DNA of 51,199 bases from an uncultured Methylococcaceae bacterium (GTDB taxonomy: Bacteria; Pseudomonadota; Gammaproteobacteria; Methylococcales; Methylococcaceae). Location: assembly GCA_903911305.1 (NCBI GenBank), contig CAIWDB010000529.1, positions 1 to 51,199 of the forward strand, in the 5' to 3' direction. The notes below the pieces were generated by a model that was not told the origin of the DNA, ran no database searches, and saw only the letters and a list, made by a program, of their open reading frames with translations. Made by a program: the position numbers and the translations under genes. Positions 16,413 to 25,276 of the stretch are shown one piece after another (position 1 is the stretch's first letter; each line of letters starts with the position of its first letter).

Positions 16413-18092
16413 TTACTTGGTTTCAGAATGGCTGGCCGCCACACTTGATGCAGAAGAGAGGTTTTCCTTGCTCAACGCCCCCACCATGGCCTGCAAATCG
16501 CCCCCTTTCATGCCGATTTCATTCAATACCGCATCAATGATCGGTTGCTGTGCGCGGTAGGCCAATGCCGCCGATACGGCTTGTTCGGCCAGATTGCTGC
16601 TGGCAGCATGGGCATTCCCGGTTTCGGAAACACCAGCCGAAGGACTGCGATTTAAGCCATCCACTTGCACGATTTTGATGCTGTCGATGTGTTCCATCGG
16701 CTTGACCGAGGCTTCAATGATGGATGGCAAGGCTTCCATGAGTTTCATTTTGATCTGCATCGCGATTTGCTCCGCACCCAGTGTGTTTAATGCGGCATTG
16801 CGCATTTCGATGCCTTTGGCGTCCACTTGATATTGCACTTGTTGCGCATCCGCCTTGATTTTGATGGCGGCAGCGTGGTTGTTCGCCGCGTCTTTTTCGG
16901 CTTCGGCGGCCACGCGGACACCAATGGCTTGCTTCTGCGCCTCTTGCTCGGCAGCGACCAAGGCGATTTGCTTGTCACGCTCGGCAATGGCGACATCTCT
17001 CGCCGTTTTCACCTGTTCTTCGGCACGGGCAGACAAGGCACGAGCTTCGTTGGCTTGTTTTTCCGCTTCGGATTGCGCCTTGGATTTTTCCGCAATCGAA
17101 ATTGCCTTTTCCTGACTGGCTAGGGTCGTGCGTTTTTCTTGTTCAATCTTGGCAACCTGCACGGAAAGATCCGCTTCGATCTGGCGTTGGCGGATGGCGC
17201 GATCCTTTTCCACTTCGGCCTCTTGCACCAAACGCTCGGCGTCGATCTTGGCTTGCTTGGCCTCGCGTTCGCGCTGCGCGGTGATGCTGGCAACCTCGGC
17301 TTTTTGCTGCACATCGCGGGTGGAGACTTCTTGTTGCTGTTGCAAGGTGGCAAAGGTCTGGTCTTTTTCGATGGTGAGCTTGAGTTGGTTGGCTTCGAAA
17401 TTCTTTTTGGCGATGGCAACCGAAGTATCCTGTTCGATTTCATTGCGCTCCCTAGACCGCTGCTGAGTCTGTTGGGTCAGTTTGGTCAAGCCCTCGGCGT
17501 CAAAGGCATTTTGCGGATCGAAAAACTTGATCGGGGTTTGGTCAAGCCGGGTCAAACTGACCGATTCCAGTTCCAGCCCATTTTTCAGCAAATCTTCCGA
17601 TACGGCATTTTGCACCGCTTGAATGAAATCGGCGCGCTTGTCCAGCAGTTGGTGCATACCCATGGAAACCGCCGCAGCACGCAAGGCATCCACAAATTTG
17701 TCTTCCACCAATTCTTTTAGCGAATCCGGGTGCAAAGTCCGCTGGCCCAAGGTTTGTGCCGCATTGGCAACCCCTTCCACGCTAGGAATCACTCGCACAA
17801 AGAATGCCGCCACCGCATCGACGCGCAGACGGTCCAGCGTAATCAAGCTGTCGTTGCCGGAACGCGACACTTCCAGCTTCAGCGTGTTCATATTGATGCT
17901 GACATATTCATGGAACACCGGCAGCATGATCGCGCCACCGTCCATGACGACTTTTTGCCCCCCCAATCCCGTTCGTACAAACGCCAGTTCTTTTGATGAC
18001 CGCCGGTACAGACGGGCGAACACTAAACCGATGACGGCGAAACCGATCAGCAGTACGAAGGCCATTTGCCCTAAACCAAATAAATGTTCCAT
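16413..18092 (-). CDS. yqiK: flotillin-like SPFH/band-7 protein (YqiK type)
   Basis: 559 aa. An N-terminal TM segment and an SPFH core (RRSSKELAFVRTGLGGQKVVMDGGAIMLPVFHEY...) are followed by a long Ala/Glu/Lys/Gln-rich coiled coil (EAKQAKIDAERLVQEAEVEK...), as in flotillins. Confidence 0.85.
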   Translation of the reverse strand: MEHLFGLGQMAFVLLIGFAVIGLVFARLYRRSSKELAFVRTGLGGQKVVMDGGAIMLPVFHEYVSINMNTLKLEVSRSGNDSLITLDRLRVDAVAAFFVRVIPSVEGVANAAQTLGQRTLHPDSLKELVEDKFVDALRAAAVSMGMHQLLDKRADFIQAVQNAVSEDLLKNGLELESVSLTRLDQTPIKFFDPQNAFDAEGLTKLTQQTQQRSRERNEIEQDTSVAIAKKNFEANQLKLTIEKDQTFATLQQQQEVSTRDVQQKAEVASITAQREREAKQAKIDAERLVQEAEVEKDRAIRQRQIEADLSVQVAKIEQEKRTTLASQEKAISIAEKSKAQSEAEKQANEARALSARAEEQVKTARDVAIAERDKQIALVAAEQEAQKQAIGVRVAAEAEKDAANNHAAAIKIKADAQQVQYQVDAKGIEMRNAALNTLGAEQIAMQIKMKLMEALPSIIEASVKPMEHIDSIKIVQVDGLNRSPSAGVSETGNAHAASSNLAEQAVSAALAYRAQQPIIDAVLNEIGMKGGDLQAMVGALSKENLSSASSVAASHSETK

Positions 18093-18141
18093 GAGTCACT
18101 CCCCTTAGTTTGCTTTTAGATAATCTGTGTCATTACCCAGA

Positions 18142-18172
18142 GTGGAAAACTTGCTTTGCCTGCCAAAGCAAG
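18142..18172 (-). terminator. intercistronic stem-loop with U-tract between yqiJ and yqiK (possible attenuator or partial terminator)
   Basis: 9-bp perfect stem cttgctttg/caaagcaag with a 5-nt loop. On the minus (sense) strand it is followed directly by TTTT. Confidence 0.45.
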
Positions 18173-18197
18173 CTTTGGCGCTCCTGTCCTGGGTCGC

Positions 18198-18824
18198 TTA
18201 AAGTAAGTCCGGGCGTGGATTGGCAATTGCCAAGAATCTTGAGCCGGAAATTTGTTTAACCAACAAAACCGAATCGCCAGTGACAAACTCGACGTTGTCG
18301 CCTTCAGGCTCTATATGAATATAAAATGTCTGTCCCTGTTCGCTTTTTACCCGCGCCTGTGCCGGATAATGCATTCTCGCCGTACCGTTAATCACTAGAG
18401 CCACATGCCCCACCAAGGTTTCTAGTAAAACTGCCGAAGTTTCGTCTTTGGGTATCAGCCTGGCAATGAGCTTGCCGGATATCCTAACCATCGGCAATGC
18501 AACGATAAAGGCAACCCCGGAAGACAAAACTGGATTCGGAAACACGCCCAAAAAACCATGGAAGACTAGGTTGAAAGCAAACCCGGCCAAGGCAAATGCA
18601 GTGAGCATGAGGATCAACAGAACCAACATCGGCACTTTGCCAAAGTGCAGCCAACCAAGCCAAGAATCCGGCAATCCGTCATAATGGATCAGGGCTATAT
18701 GGTCGATTGCGCCTGATAGGCTAGCCCCAACAAGCAGTGTGAGGATTTCGACAAGCCCAATTAACACCACCAGAATGACTGCAAAGGTAAAGGGCCAAGA
18801 CTCAGGTGCGATGAATAACTCCAT
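18198..18824 (-). CDS. yqiJ: YqiJ-like membrane protein (DUF1449, NfeD-like C-terminal OB fold)
   Basis: 208 aa. Several TM segments are followed by a soluble C-terminus (GTARMHYPAQARVKSEQGQTFYIHIEPEGDNVEFVTGDSVLLV). It sits immediately upstream of the flotillin gene, as in the yqiJK pair. Confidence 0.7.
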   Translation of the reverse strand: MELFIAPESWPFTFAVILVVLIGLVEILTLLVGASLSGAIDHIALIHYDGLPDSWLGWLHFGKVPMLVLLILMLTAFALAGFAFNLVFHGFLGVFPNPVLSSGVAFIVALPMVRISGKLIARLIPKDETSAVLLETLVGHVALVINGTARMHYPAQARVKSEQGQTFYIHIEPEGDNVEFVTGDSVLLVKQISGSRFLAIANPRPDLL

Positions 18825-18835
18825 GGGTTGTATTC

Positions 18836-19513
18836 TCAGCCGTTGTTTTGACCATTAGCCGCTTTTAGCGCCGCAAGACGTTCAGCGATGCGCTTGTTTC
18901 TTTGCAATTCGGCCAGTTCCTTGATCTTAGCCGCATCTTCCACACCGTTTAAACTCAACCCGGAAACGCCCAATTGCCTAGCGAGAACCCGACCGAAAGC
19001 CGCTTCGGCATCTTCGACACGCGAGCGGCGGTCAGACTCGCCATTGGTCTTTACCATCTCGGGCCGGAGAGATTTATTCGCCTGATATTCAACCAAAATC
19101 TGCTCCAATTCCCGCTTTTTGGCAAGCAGGGCCACCATATAACTCACCAACTCCTCGGCTTTTTGATTTTGTTCATCCAGCGACTTCCGCAAAACCGGAA
19201 GATAATCCTCAATATCGGCTTGCCTGCCTATCGCAGCCGAGGCTAAGTCGTCGCGCTGTTCGCTAACGGCAATGTCGATCTGCCCTTTCAATTTGTCATG
19301 CTCATCACTCAATTTGGCTATCTGGGTGGTGACCAAATGTTTGGCCGCCTCGGCTTTTCCAAGATCAACGCGAACTTCGCTGGCGACTTGTTCGATATCG
19401 CGTATGGATTGCGCCATGACAGTGTCAGGGGCAAGTGTTTCGGCTTTGTCGAGGAGTGCGTAAGTGCCTCCGGCAATGATACGAGCCACTCGGGTGGCGA
19501 TGGAGTCTGACAT
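18836..19513 (-). CDS. pspA: PspA/IM30 family protein
   Basis: I prefer Met16 of the track ORF (MSDSIATRVARIIAGGTYALLDKAE...). This removes the overlap with the upstream gene. The protein is an all-helical coiled coil of about 225 aa with the PspA-like N-terminal amphipathic helix. Confidence 0.8.
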   Translation of the reverse strand: MSDSIATRVARIIAGGTYALLDKAETLAPDTVMAQSIRDIEQVASEVRVDLGKAEAAKHLVTTQIAKLSDEHDKLKGQIDIAVSEQRDDLASAAIGRQADIEDYLPVLRKSLDEQNQKAEELVSYMVALLAKKRELEQILVEYQANKSLRPEMVKTNGESDRRSRVEDAEAAFGRVLARQLGVSGLSLNGVEDAAKIKELAELQRNKRIAERLAALKAANGQNNG

Positions 19514-19535
19514 GTTTATCCCCTTATAGGCTGGC

Positions 19536-19898
19536 TTATTTGCGAAAGCCGTATTCAAGCGTAAAAAACTGTGGGCTTAAATCCGCCAAAGGCCCGCGCA
19601 ACTTGTTTAGTTGATCCTCGCTGCCATGAATTTCCAAGCGGGTGAGTTCCGCAATTTTCAATGCCTCCTGCAACAAAGCCCCGACATTGTCCAAATGGGC
19701 CAAAGCCCCTTCGGCATCGGTGTAGCCTTCCCGGCAATGGACAATTTCGCCGTCAAAGCTAAAGCCATAATACAAAGCCTTGGGTTCGATTTTGGTTTTT
19801 TCGACAAATTGCTCGCATAACGCTTTGAATGCCGGTAGTTTGCCTTCATTAACCTTGAAGTAGGGTACGATACTGACGCAAGTGTCTTCAGTGGCCAT
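19536..19898 (-). CDS. ABM-fold (antibiotic-biosynthesis-monooxygenase-like) small protein
   Basis: 120 aa. The pattern VSIVPYFKVNEGKLPAFKALCEQFVEKTKIEPKALYYGFSFDGEIVHCREGYTDAEGALAHL fits the ferredoxin-like ABM/Dabb pattern. It is the first gene of the pspA-yqiJK transcription unit. Confidence 0.55.
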   Translation of the reverse strand: MATEDTCVSIVPYFKVNEGKLPAFKALCEQFVEKTKIEPKALYYGFSFDGEIVHCREGYTDAEGALAHLDNVGALLQEALKIAELTRLEIHGSEDQLNKLRGPLADLSPQFFTLEYGFRK

Positions 19899-20063
19899 AT
19901 TTGCTTACCTTCTGATTGTCTGTTTTGCCATAGGGCATGAGTGCATGAGGCAACGCACATCCTCACGCCTTCATTGAGGGGTTATAATGGGCAAATTATA
20001 CGCCGTGGCGAGCAATGGTCTAGTGATTCGCAAGGATAGTTTTTCCGATATGAAAATAAAACC

Positions 20064-20897
20064 ATGAATTCTTTTCTAATTACGTTAATTGTTTTCCTAT
20101 GCTGCACATGTGGCATTCTGTTAGGCACTTACATCCGAGTGCAATTGCCAGCACACCATCTAAGTGAAGAGTCCAAGGACATCGTCAAACTTAGCACTGG
20201 CCTGATAGCAACTCTAACCGCCCTGATTCTCGGTCTTTTAGTGGCATCAGCCAATGATACATTCCAATCATTCAATGATGGTTTGGATAAGATTGGCGCC
20301 GATTTGCTTATCATGGATAGGAGTTTGGCCTTTTATGGTCCCGAAGCCAAATTGACTCGGGACGCATTGCGCAAACTGACGGTTGTTGTCTTGATGAACA
20401 ACTGGCCTGATGACCAAGACCAAACGGAAACTCACTTGACCCACGAAGAGTTGGCTGGGTTACCAAACTATTCACAGACAAAACAGTTTGTCCATGGTGG
20501 TGCTTCAGAGGCATTGCGTGGCGCGGACGCTCTCTCGAATATTCAAAACATGCTGCTTAGACTCGAACCAAAAGACAATGCGCAACGCTGGAGGCAAGCA
20601 AGGGCTTTGGAAGTCAGCGGGAGCTTGGCGGAAAAACGCTGGCTGATGGTTGAGCAGTCTCAAAACAACCTTCCAACCCCGTTTTTGGTGGTATTGGTGA
20701 TTTGGCTAGTCATTTTGTTCGTCACCTTTAGCGTGTTTGCGCCTCGTAATAAAACAGTTAGAACGGTATTATTTCTCTGCGCTTTGTCCGTTTCAGGCTC
20801 GGTTTTTCTGATTTTGGAATTGAACAAACCAACCAGCGGACTATTGAAAATTTCTAGTGCGCCCTTGATGAAGGCACTTGATTTGATAGGCAAGTAA
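20064..20897 (+). CDS. DUF4239-like membrane protein
   Basis: 277 aa. The N-terminal TM segment is followed by LSEESKDIVKLSTGLIATLTALILGLLVASANDTF. Two C-terminal TM segments follow. This is the layout I associate with DUF4239. Confidence 0.55.
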   Translation: MNSFLITLIVFLCCTCGILLGTYIRVQLPAHHLSEESKDIVKLSTGLIATLTALILGLLVASANDTFQSFNDGLDKIGADLLIMDRSLAFYGPEAKLTRDALRKLTVVVLMNNWPDDQDQTETHLTHEELAGLPNYSQTKQFVHGGASEALRGADALSNIQNMLLRLEPKDNAQRWRQARALEVSGSLAEKRWLMVEQSQNNLPTPFLVVLVIWLVILFVTFSVFAPRNKTVRTVLFLCALSVSGSVFLILELNKPTSGLLKISSAPLMKALDLIGK

Positions 20898-21186
20898 AAC
20901 CAAATAGCGAGTGTCGGAGTGCAAGGCTTGCCTTGCCTTTAGGACTTTGTTAGTCGTATGACGGCTGATTTAGCTCACACCTTTCACTCTTCCTCCACGA
21001 AAATTCTGTTAGCCACAGCACGGGGATAAACAGAGTCAACGGGTGATAAAAACCACCCAAGCACACGCATAACCACTCTCGACTAAATACTGCGCTGTTG
21101 TGGTTCAACTATGGTTCATTTCGACCAACAACCAAAGATGCAGGCAATGATATTTTGCAAAACATGGATTATTATGATAAATTTTT

Positions 21187-21202
21187 ATGGCATTAAATAT
21201 GC
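21187..21202 (+). promoter_or_regulatory. candidate sigma-54 (-24/-12) promoter in the leader of the hyf-like operon
   Basis: The sequence is TGGCAttaaataTGCt, with GG and GC separated by exactly 10 nt. It sits in a 640-nt AT-rich intergenic region, 138 nt upstream of the small ORF at 21339 and 340 nt upstream of ATG 21541. Confidence 0.35.
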
Positions 21203-21338
21203 TTTTATTATTCAATCCAAGAAAAATAGACAAATAATTAACTTACATCTTGCCTAATCGCCGTTTTACCAATCCTTCGGCTATTATGCTTTCTTGATTT
21301 CTCGCCTTAATTTATGACAACTATTCACTAGGATTACA

Positions 21339-21458
21339 ATGAAATTTATTGACATGCTTTTAAAAAGCGCATCCAACGACCCGGATTTTCTGGAAGGGTT
21401 TTCAACAGTGGTTTTAACAGGGTTTATGGCGTTGTTGGTAATCATTTTGTTCATTTGA
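21339..21458 (+). CDS. possible 39-aa single-TM peptide upstream of the hyf-like operon
   Basis: My own translation is MKFIDMLLKSASNDPDFLEGFSTVVLTGFMALLVIILFI*. It has a polar N-terminus and a hydrophobic C-terminal helix. It is below the ORF-track length cut-off and has no strong RBS, so the call is speculative. Confidence 0.25.
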   Translation: MKFIDMLLKSASNDPDFLEGFSTVVLTGFMALLVIILFI

Positions 21459-21540
21459 TTTAGATATTTTTAGGATTTTATTGCGCCCTACCAGACCAAA
21501 GCACGACTGGTAGAGTCGCATTACTCGTTTAGGAACTTCG

Positions 21541-23655
21541 ATGTCATTGTTTTTTGCATACTTGTCCGTGGCCGCCTCTTTGGCGTCTGGAGTGGCGGCT
21601 TTGGCTACCGATCATCGTGTGATGCTTGATCGTTTTGCAGATTTGATATTGCGGCGATGGCCAAGGCAACAAGATCAAGCGGGGGTTCTCTTTTCCGAGC
21701 GTCAGTTTGCCGAAAGCCATCGCAACAGCTTGTTCGTCTTACTGGGTATTTCTGGAGTTTTTGCGATACTGGCAGGCGCTACGGCAATGCTCAACGGTTC
21801 GGTGACTACCGACACTTTGCCATTAGGACTGCCTTGGCTGCATTGGCATATTCGCTTCGACGCACTTTCGGGCTTCTTTTTTATGATTATCGGCATGCCA
21901 CTTTGTGCCGTCAGCCTATTCGGGCCGGGTTATGTTCAAGAATTTGAGCATGGCAAGCATTCACTCACCGTGCTAGGTCTATTCACTGGCCTTTTCGTGG
22001 CTGGCATGGAATTGGTTTTGCTTGCCGATGATGCTTTTTTCTTCGTCATCGCTTGGGAATTAATGTCGGTCTCAAGTTACTTTCTAGTGGCTTTCCAACA
22101 CGAGCAAGCCAGCAACCGTCGAGCGGCCTTTTTGTATCTGCTGATGGCAGTGATCGGAGCCATGGCGATCATCCTCGCCTTTGGTGTGTTGGCGGGATTC
22201 AGCGGTGGATTGCTGTTTGATGATTTTCGTTCCGTCAAATTAAGCCCAGTCTGGGCCAGCGTGGCATTTGTGCTAGGACTGTTTGGCTTTGGAATGAAGG
22301 CGGGCTTAGTGCCGTTACATGCGTGGCTGCCCGAAGCCCATCCAGCAGCACCCGCCCATGTCTCCGCACTCATGAGCGGGGTCATGTTGAAAGTCGCCGT
22401 TTATGGTTTCATCCGTTTCACCTTCGACCTTCTTGATCAAGTGATGTGGGAATGGGGAGGTGTGGTGTTGGTGATTGGGGCTGGTTCGACCCTGTTAGGT
22501 GTGTTATATGCGATGATGCAGCATGACATAAAACGCTTGCTCGCCTATCACTCCGTGGAAAATATCGGCATCATTTTCATAGGCCTGGGTTTATGTATAA
22601 TCTATGTGAGTGAAGGGAAAAGCCAAATCGCCGCCCTAGCCATGGTGGCAGCCTTATTCCACTGCTTAAACCATGCCCTGTTTAAAAGCCTGCTATTCCT
22701 TGGCGCTGGCTCGATCATTCACCAAACTCACGAGCAGAACATTGAACACTTGGGGGGCTTGATCCACCGGTTGCCAAAGTTGTCGGTCGTGTTTTTGATC
22801 GGCACCTTGAGTATTGCCGCCTTACCGCCCTTTAACGGATTTGTCTCGGAATGGCTGACTTTTCAGGCAGCGCTCCAAGCGGGGGGGATTCATAGCGGCG
22901 TATTACGCAGCTTAGTTCCCGCCAGTGCATCCTTGCTGGCCTTGGCTGGCGCTTTGACGGCCACCTGCTTTGTCAAATTGTACGGCGTGGTTTTCTTAGG
23001 CCTACCCCGCACCCGCCATGCCGCCAACTGCCATGAATCCCCTCATCGCGGTATGCTGGCCGGACCTGCCATGCTCGCCGGACTTTGTGTCTTACTAGGC
23101 ATTTTTCCAACACCTATGATTGAAAGTTTGAACATTGTCACGGGACAACTGTTGGGCGATGCTTTGCCGGGCGCTTCCGCATTAGGCTGGTTGTGGCTAA
23201 CGCCAGTCGCACCTGAAGTGGCATCCTATTCCCCATCACTAGTGCTGGTGGGCATCCTGCTGACTGGCTGGCTTTGCTATCGACTCATTTACCGACGTGG
23301 TGGATTGGAAGCCCGACGGGCAGAACCTTGGGATTGCGGATTCGGTGGATTGAATTCGCACATGCAATATACCGCCACCGCCTTTAGCATGCCCATCCGC
23401 CGTATTTTTGAACCCGTCTTTGTCGTTGAAGAAACCATTTCGGAACAAAAGTCCGGACCAGATGGGTTCAACACCGATACCCTTCATTACCAATTACGAG
23501 TGTCCGACCTTTCTTGGGGCTATGTTTATCAACCGGTGGCCCAATTGGTCATCACCCTCAGCCGCTGGGTGAGCAGGATACAAACCGGCAACATAAGAAC
23601 CTACATCGCCTATTCGTTCTTTACCTTGCTCATTTTGCTTTGGGGTATTAGTTAA
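21541..23655 (+). CDS. HyfB/HycC-like, NuoL-type antiporter-like membrane subunit
   Basis: 704 aa, polytopic. It has AWELMSVSSYFLVAF (TM5 Glu), GFGMKAGLVPLHAWLPEAHPAAPAHVSALMSGVMLK (TM7 Lys) and the C-terminal EPWDCGFGG block seen in HyfB/HycC. An AGGA RBS lies 7 nt upstream. Confidence 0.88.
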   Translation: MSLFFAYLSVAASLASGVAALATDHRVMLDRFADLILRRWPRQQDQAGVLFSERQFAESHRNSLFVLLGISGVFAILAGATAMLNGSVTTDTLPLGLPWLHWHIRFDALSGFFFMIIGMPLCAVSLFGPGYVQEFEHGKHSLTVLGLFTGLFVAGMELVLLADDAFFFVIAWELMSVSSYFLVAFQHEQASNRRAAFLYLLMAVIGAMAIILAFGVLAGFSGGLLFDDFRSVKLSPVWASVAFVLGLFGFGMKAGLVPLHAWLPEAHPAAPAHVSALMSGVMLKVAVYGFIRFTFDLLDQVMWEWGGVVLVIGAGSTLLGVLYAMMQHDIKRLLAYHSVENIGIIFIGLGLCIIYVSEGKSQIAALAMVAALFHCLNHALFKSLLFLGAGSIIHQTHEQNIEHLGGLIHRLPKLSVVFLIGTLSIAALPPFNGFVSEWLTFQAALQAGGIHSGVLRSLVPASASLLALAGALTATCFVKLYGVVFLGLPRTRHAANCHESPHRGMLAGPAMLAGLCVLLGIFPTPMIESLNIVTGQLLGDALPGASALGWLWLTPVAPEVASYSPSLVLVGILLTGWLCYRLIYRRGGLEARRAEPWDCGFGGLNSHMQYTATAFSMPIRRIFEPVFVVEETISEQKSGPDGFNTDTLHYQLRVSDLSWGYVYQPVAQLVITLSRWVSRIQTGNIRTYIAYSFFTLLILLWGIS

Positions 23656-24599
23656 TGGCTTGGTTACTCGCACTTCTGCAAACCTTATTATTCATTAGTA
23701 GTGCCCCGCTATTGGCTGGATGGCTAAAAAAAGTCAAATGCCGCCTGCAAAATCGCCGGGCACCTTCGATATTTCAACCTTACCGTGACTTGCGCAAATT
23801 GTGGAAGAAAGAACCCATTATTGCGCATCCTGCCTCTTGGATATTCAAGGCCGCACCTTATGTGGTGTTATCGACCACTGTATTGACCGCTTCCATCATC
23901 CCGTTGATCGCGGTCAACCTACCCACAGCGAAAATAGCCGATGTGGTGGTATTGATTGGTTTCTTTGCCTTAGGCCGGTTTTTTCTGGCACTGGCAGGCA
24001 TGGACATAGGCACGGCCTTTGGCGGTATGGGTTCTTCGCGGGAAATGACGGTTTCATCATTGGCCGAACCCGCGATGTTGATGGCAGTGTTCACGCTGGC
24101 AATGAGTGCTTCCACCACAAACCTTTCGGAGGCGATGAAATATGTGCTGGACACTGGCTTAGTACTGCGCCCTTCTTTTATTTTCGCCATGCTCGGCCTA
24201 ATGCTGGTGGCGGTGGCGGAAACCGGACGGATACCCGTGGACAATCCGACCACTCACCTTGAATTGACCATGATCCACGAAGCGATGATCTTGGAATATA
24301 GCGGTCGTTATCTCGGCATGATCGAATGGGCCAGCCAGATTAAACTGATGATATACGGCGTGTTAATTGCCAATATTTTCTTTCCTTGGGGCATCGCACA
24401 AGAATTTACTTTGGAAGCCTTAGGGGTAGGGGCGATGGCCTTGACATTTAAGCTAGTCGTCTTGACCGTATTGCTGAGTTTGACAGAAGTGATATTTGCC
24501 AAAATGCGGGTGTTTCGGGTGCAGGAATATCTTAGTTTTGCTTATCTACTCACCCTTTTGGGAATGTTGAGCCACATTATTTTGGAGGTGCAACACTGA
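23655..24599 (+). CDS. HyfC/HycD-like, NuoH-type membrane subunit
   Basis: 314 aa. It has LQNRRAPSIFQPYRDLRKLWKKE (compare HyfC RRGPGIWQDYRDIHKLFKR) and the TEL...HEAMILEYSG block. Its start overlaps the previous stop (TAATG). Confidence 0.88.
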   Translation: MAWLLALLQTLLFISSAPLLAGWLKKVKCRLQNRRAPSIFQPYRDLRKLWKKEPIIAHPASWIFKAAPYVVLSTTVLTASIIPLIAVNLPTAKIADVVVLIGFFALGRFFLALAGMDIGTAFGGMGSSREMTVSSLAEPAMLMAVFTLAMSASTTNLSEAMKYVLDTGLVLRPSFIFAMLGLMLVAVAETGRIPVDNPTTHLELTMIHEAMILEYSGRYLGMIEWASQIKLMIYGVLIANIFFPWGIAQEFTLEALGVGAMALTFKLVVLTVLLSLTEVIFAKMRVFRVQEYLSFAYLLTLLGMLSHIILEVQH

Positions 24600-25276
24600 T
24601 GGACATTACCCAATTAAGCCATTACCAACAGGCGATCATGCTACTTGCCGCGATGATCGTGCTAACTTCATTCTTGATGTTGGGGCAGTCGCGTTTATTA
24701 CGCCTAGTGTCAATTTTTTCCGTGCAAGGTGTGTTATTGGCGATTACCACGGCACTGGCTGCCGATGTTTTGAATTCCCCGCATCTTTATATATCAGCCT
24801 TATTGACGTTGAGCCTGAAAGGTATATTCATTCCCTTCATGTTGCATCGTTTAGTCGTCAACATGGGCTTGCATCGGGATATGGAAACCTTGAAAAACCC
24901 TGCACGGGTGATGATGGGTGGCACGGGCTTGGTGGTGTTTAGTTATTACGTTTGCCTACCCATCATCAAACTGTCACCGCTGATCACCTTGAACACCATC
25001 GCCATCAGTATGGCCGTGGTGTTGTTGGGCATGTTGCTGATGATTACCCGTCGGCAAGCGGTGGCCCATGTGGTGGGTTTTATGTCCATCGAAAACGGGT
25101 TGTTCTTCGCCGCAGTGGTATCCACCTACGGTATGCCAATGGTGGTTGAATTGGGCATTGCTTTTGACGTGCTGGTGGCTGCCATATTGTTTGGGGTGTT
25201 TTTCTTTCATATTCGCACAAGCATCGACTCCTTGGATGTAGATCAACTTAACCGCTTAAGCGAGGTGGAAAAATGA
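24599..25276 (+). CDS. HyfE-like small membrane subunit
   Basis: 225 aa. The block VGFMSIENGLFFAA...VVELGIAFDVLVAAILFGVFF...LDVDQLNRLSE parallels the HyfE C-terminal region (MENG...ELVEIGIATD...LDVNNLTALKG). It overlaps the previous gene by TGATG. Confidence 0.78.
   Translation: MDITQLSHYQQAIMLLAAMIVLTSFLMLGQSRLLRLVSIFSVQGVLLAITTALAADVLNSPHLYISALLTLSLKGIFIPFMLHRLVVNMGLHRDMETLKNPARVMMGGTGLVVFSYYVCLPIIKLSPLITLNTIAISMAVVLLGMLLMITRRQAVAHVVGFMSIENGLFFAAVVSTYGMPMVVELGIAFDVLVAAILFGVFFFHIRTSIDSLDVDQLNRLSEVEK

Noticed and set aside
12047-16444. Minus-strand ORFs of 60-153 aa inside the DUF748 gene, plus alternative-frame plus-strand ORFs (14236..14466, 14899..15138, 15913..16179).
   Set aside because: They are fully embedded in a 4.4-kb ORF with clear family motifs. 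Their products are Ser/Pro/Ala-rich low-complexity strings.
16594-18108. Many plus-strand ORFs (78-193 aa, e.g. 17139..17720) lying antisense to the flotillin gene.
   Set aside because: They mirror the Ala/Glu/Lys/Gln-rich coiled-coil coding repeats of the minus-strand gene. They give low-complexity Leu/Gly/Phe/Arg-rich products with no RBS or motifs. This is a typical antisense artefact.
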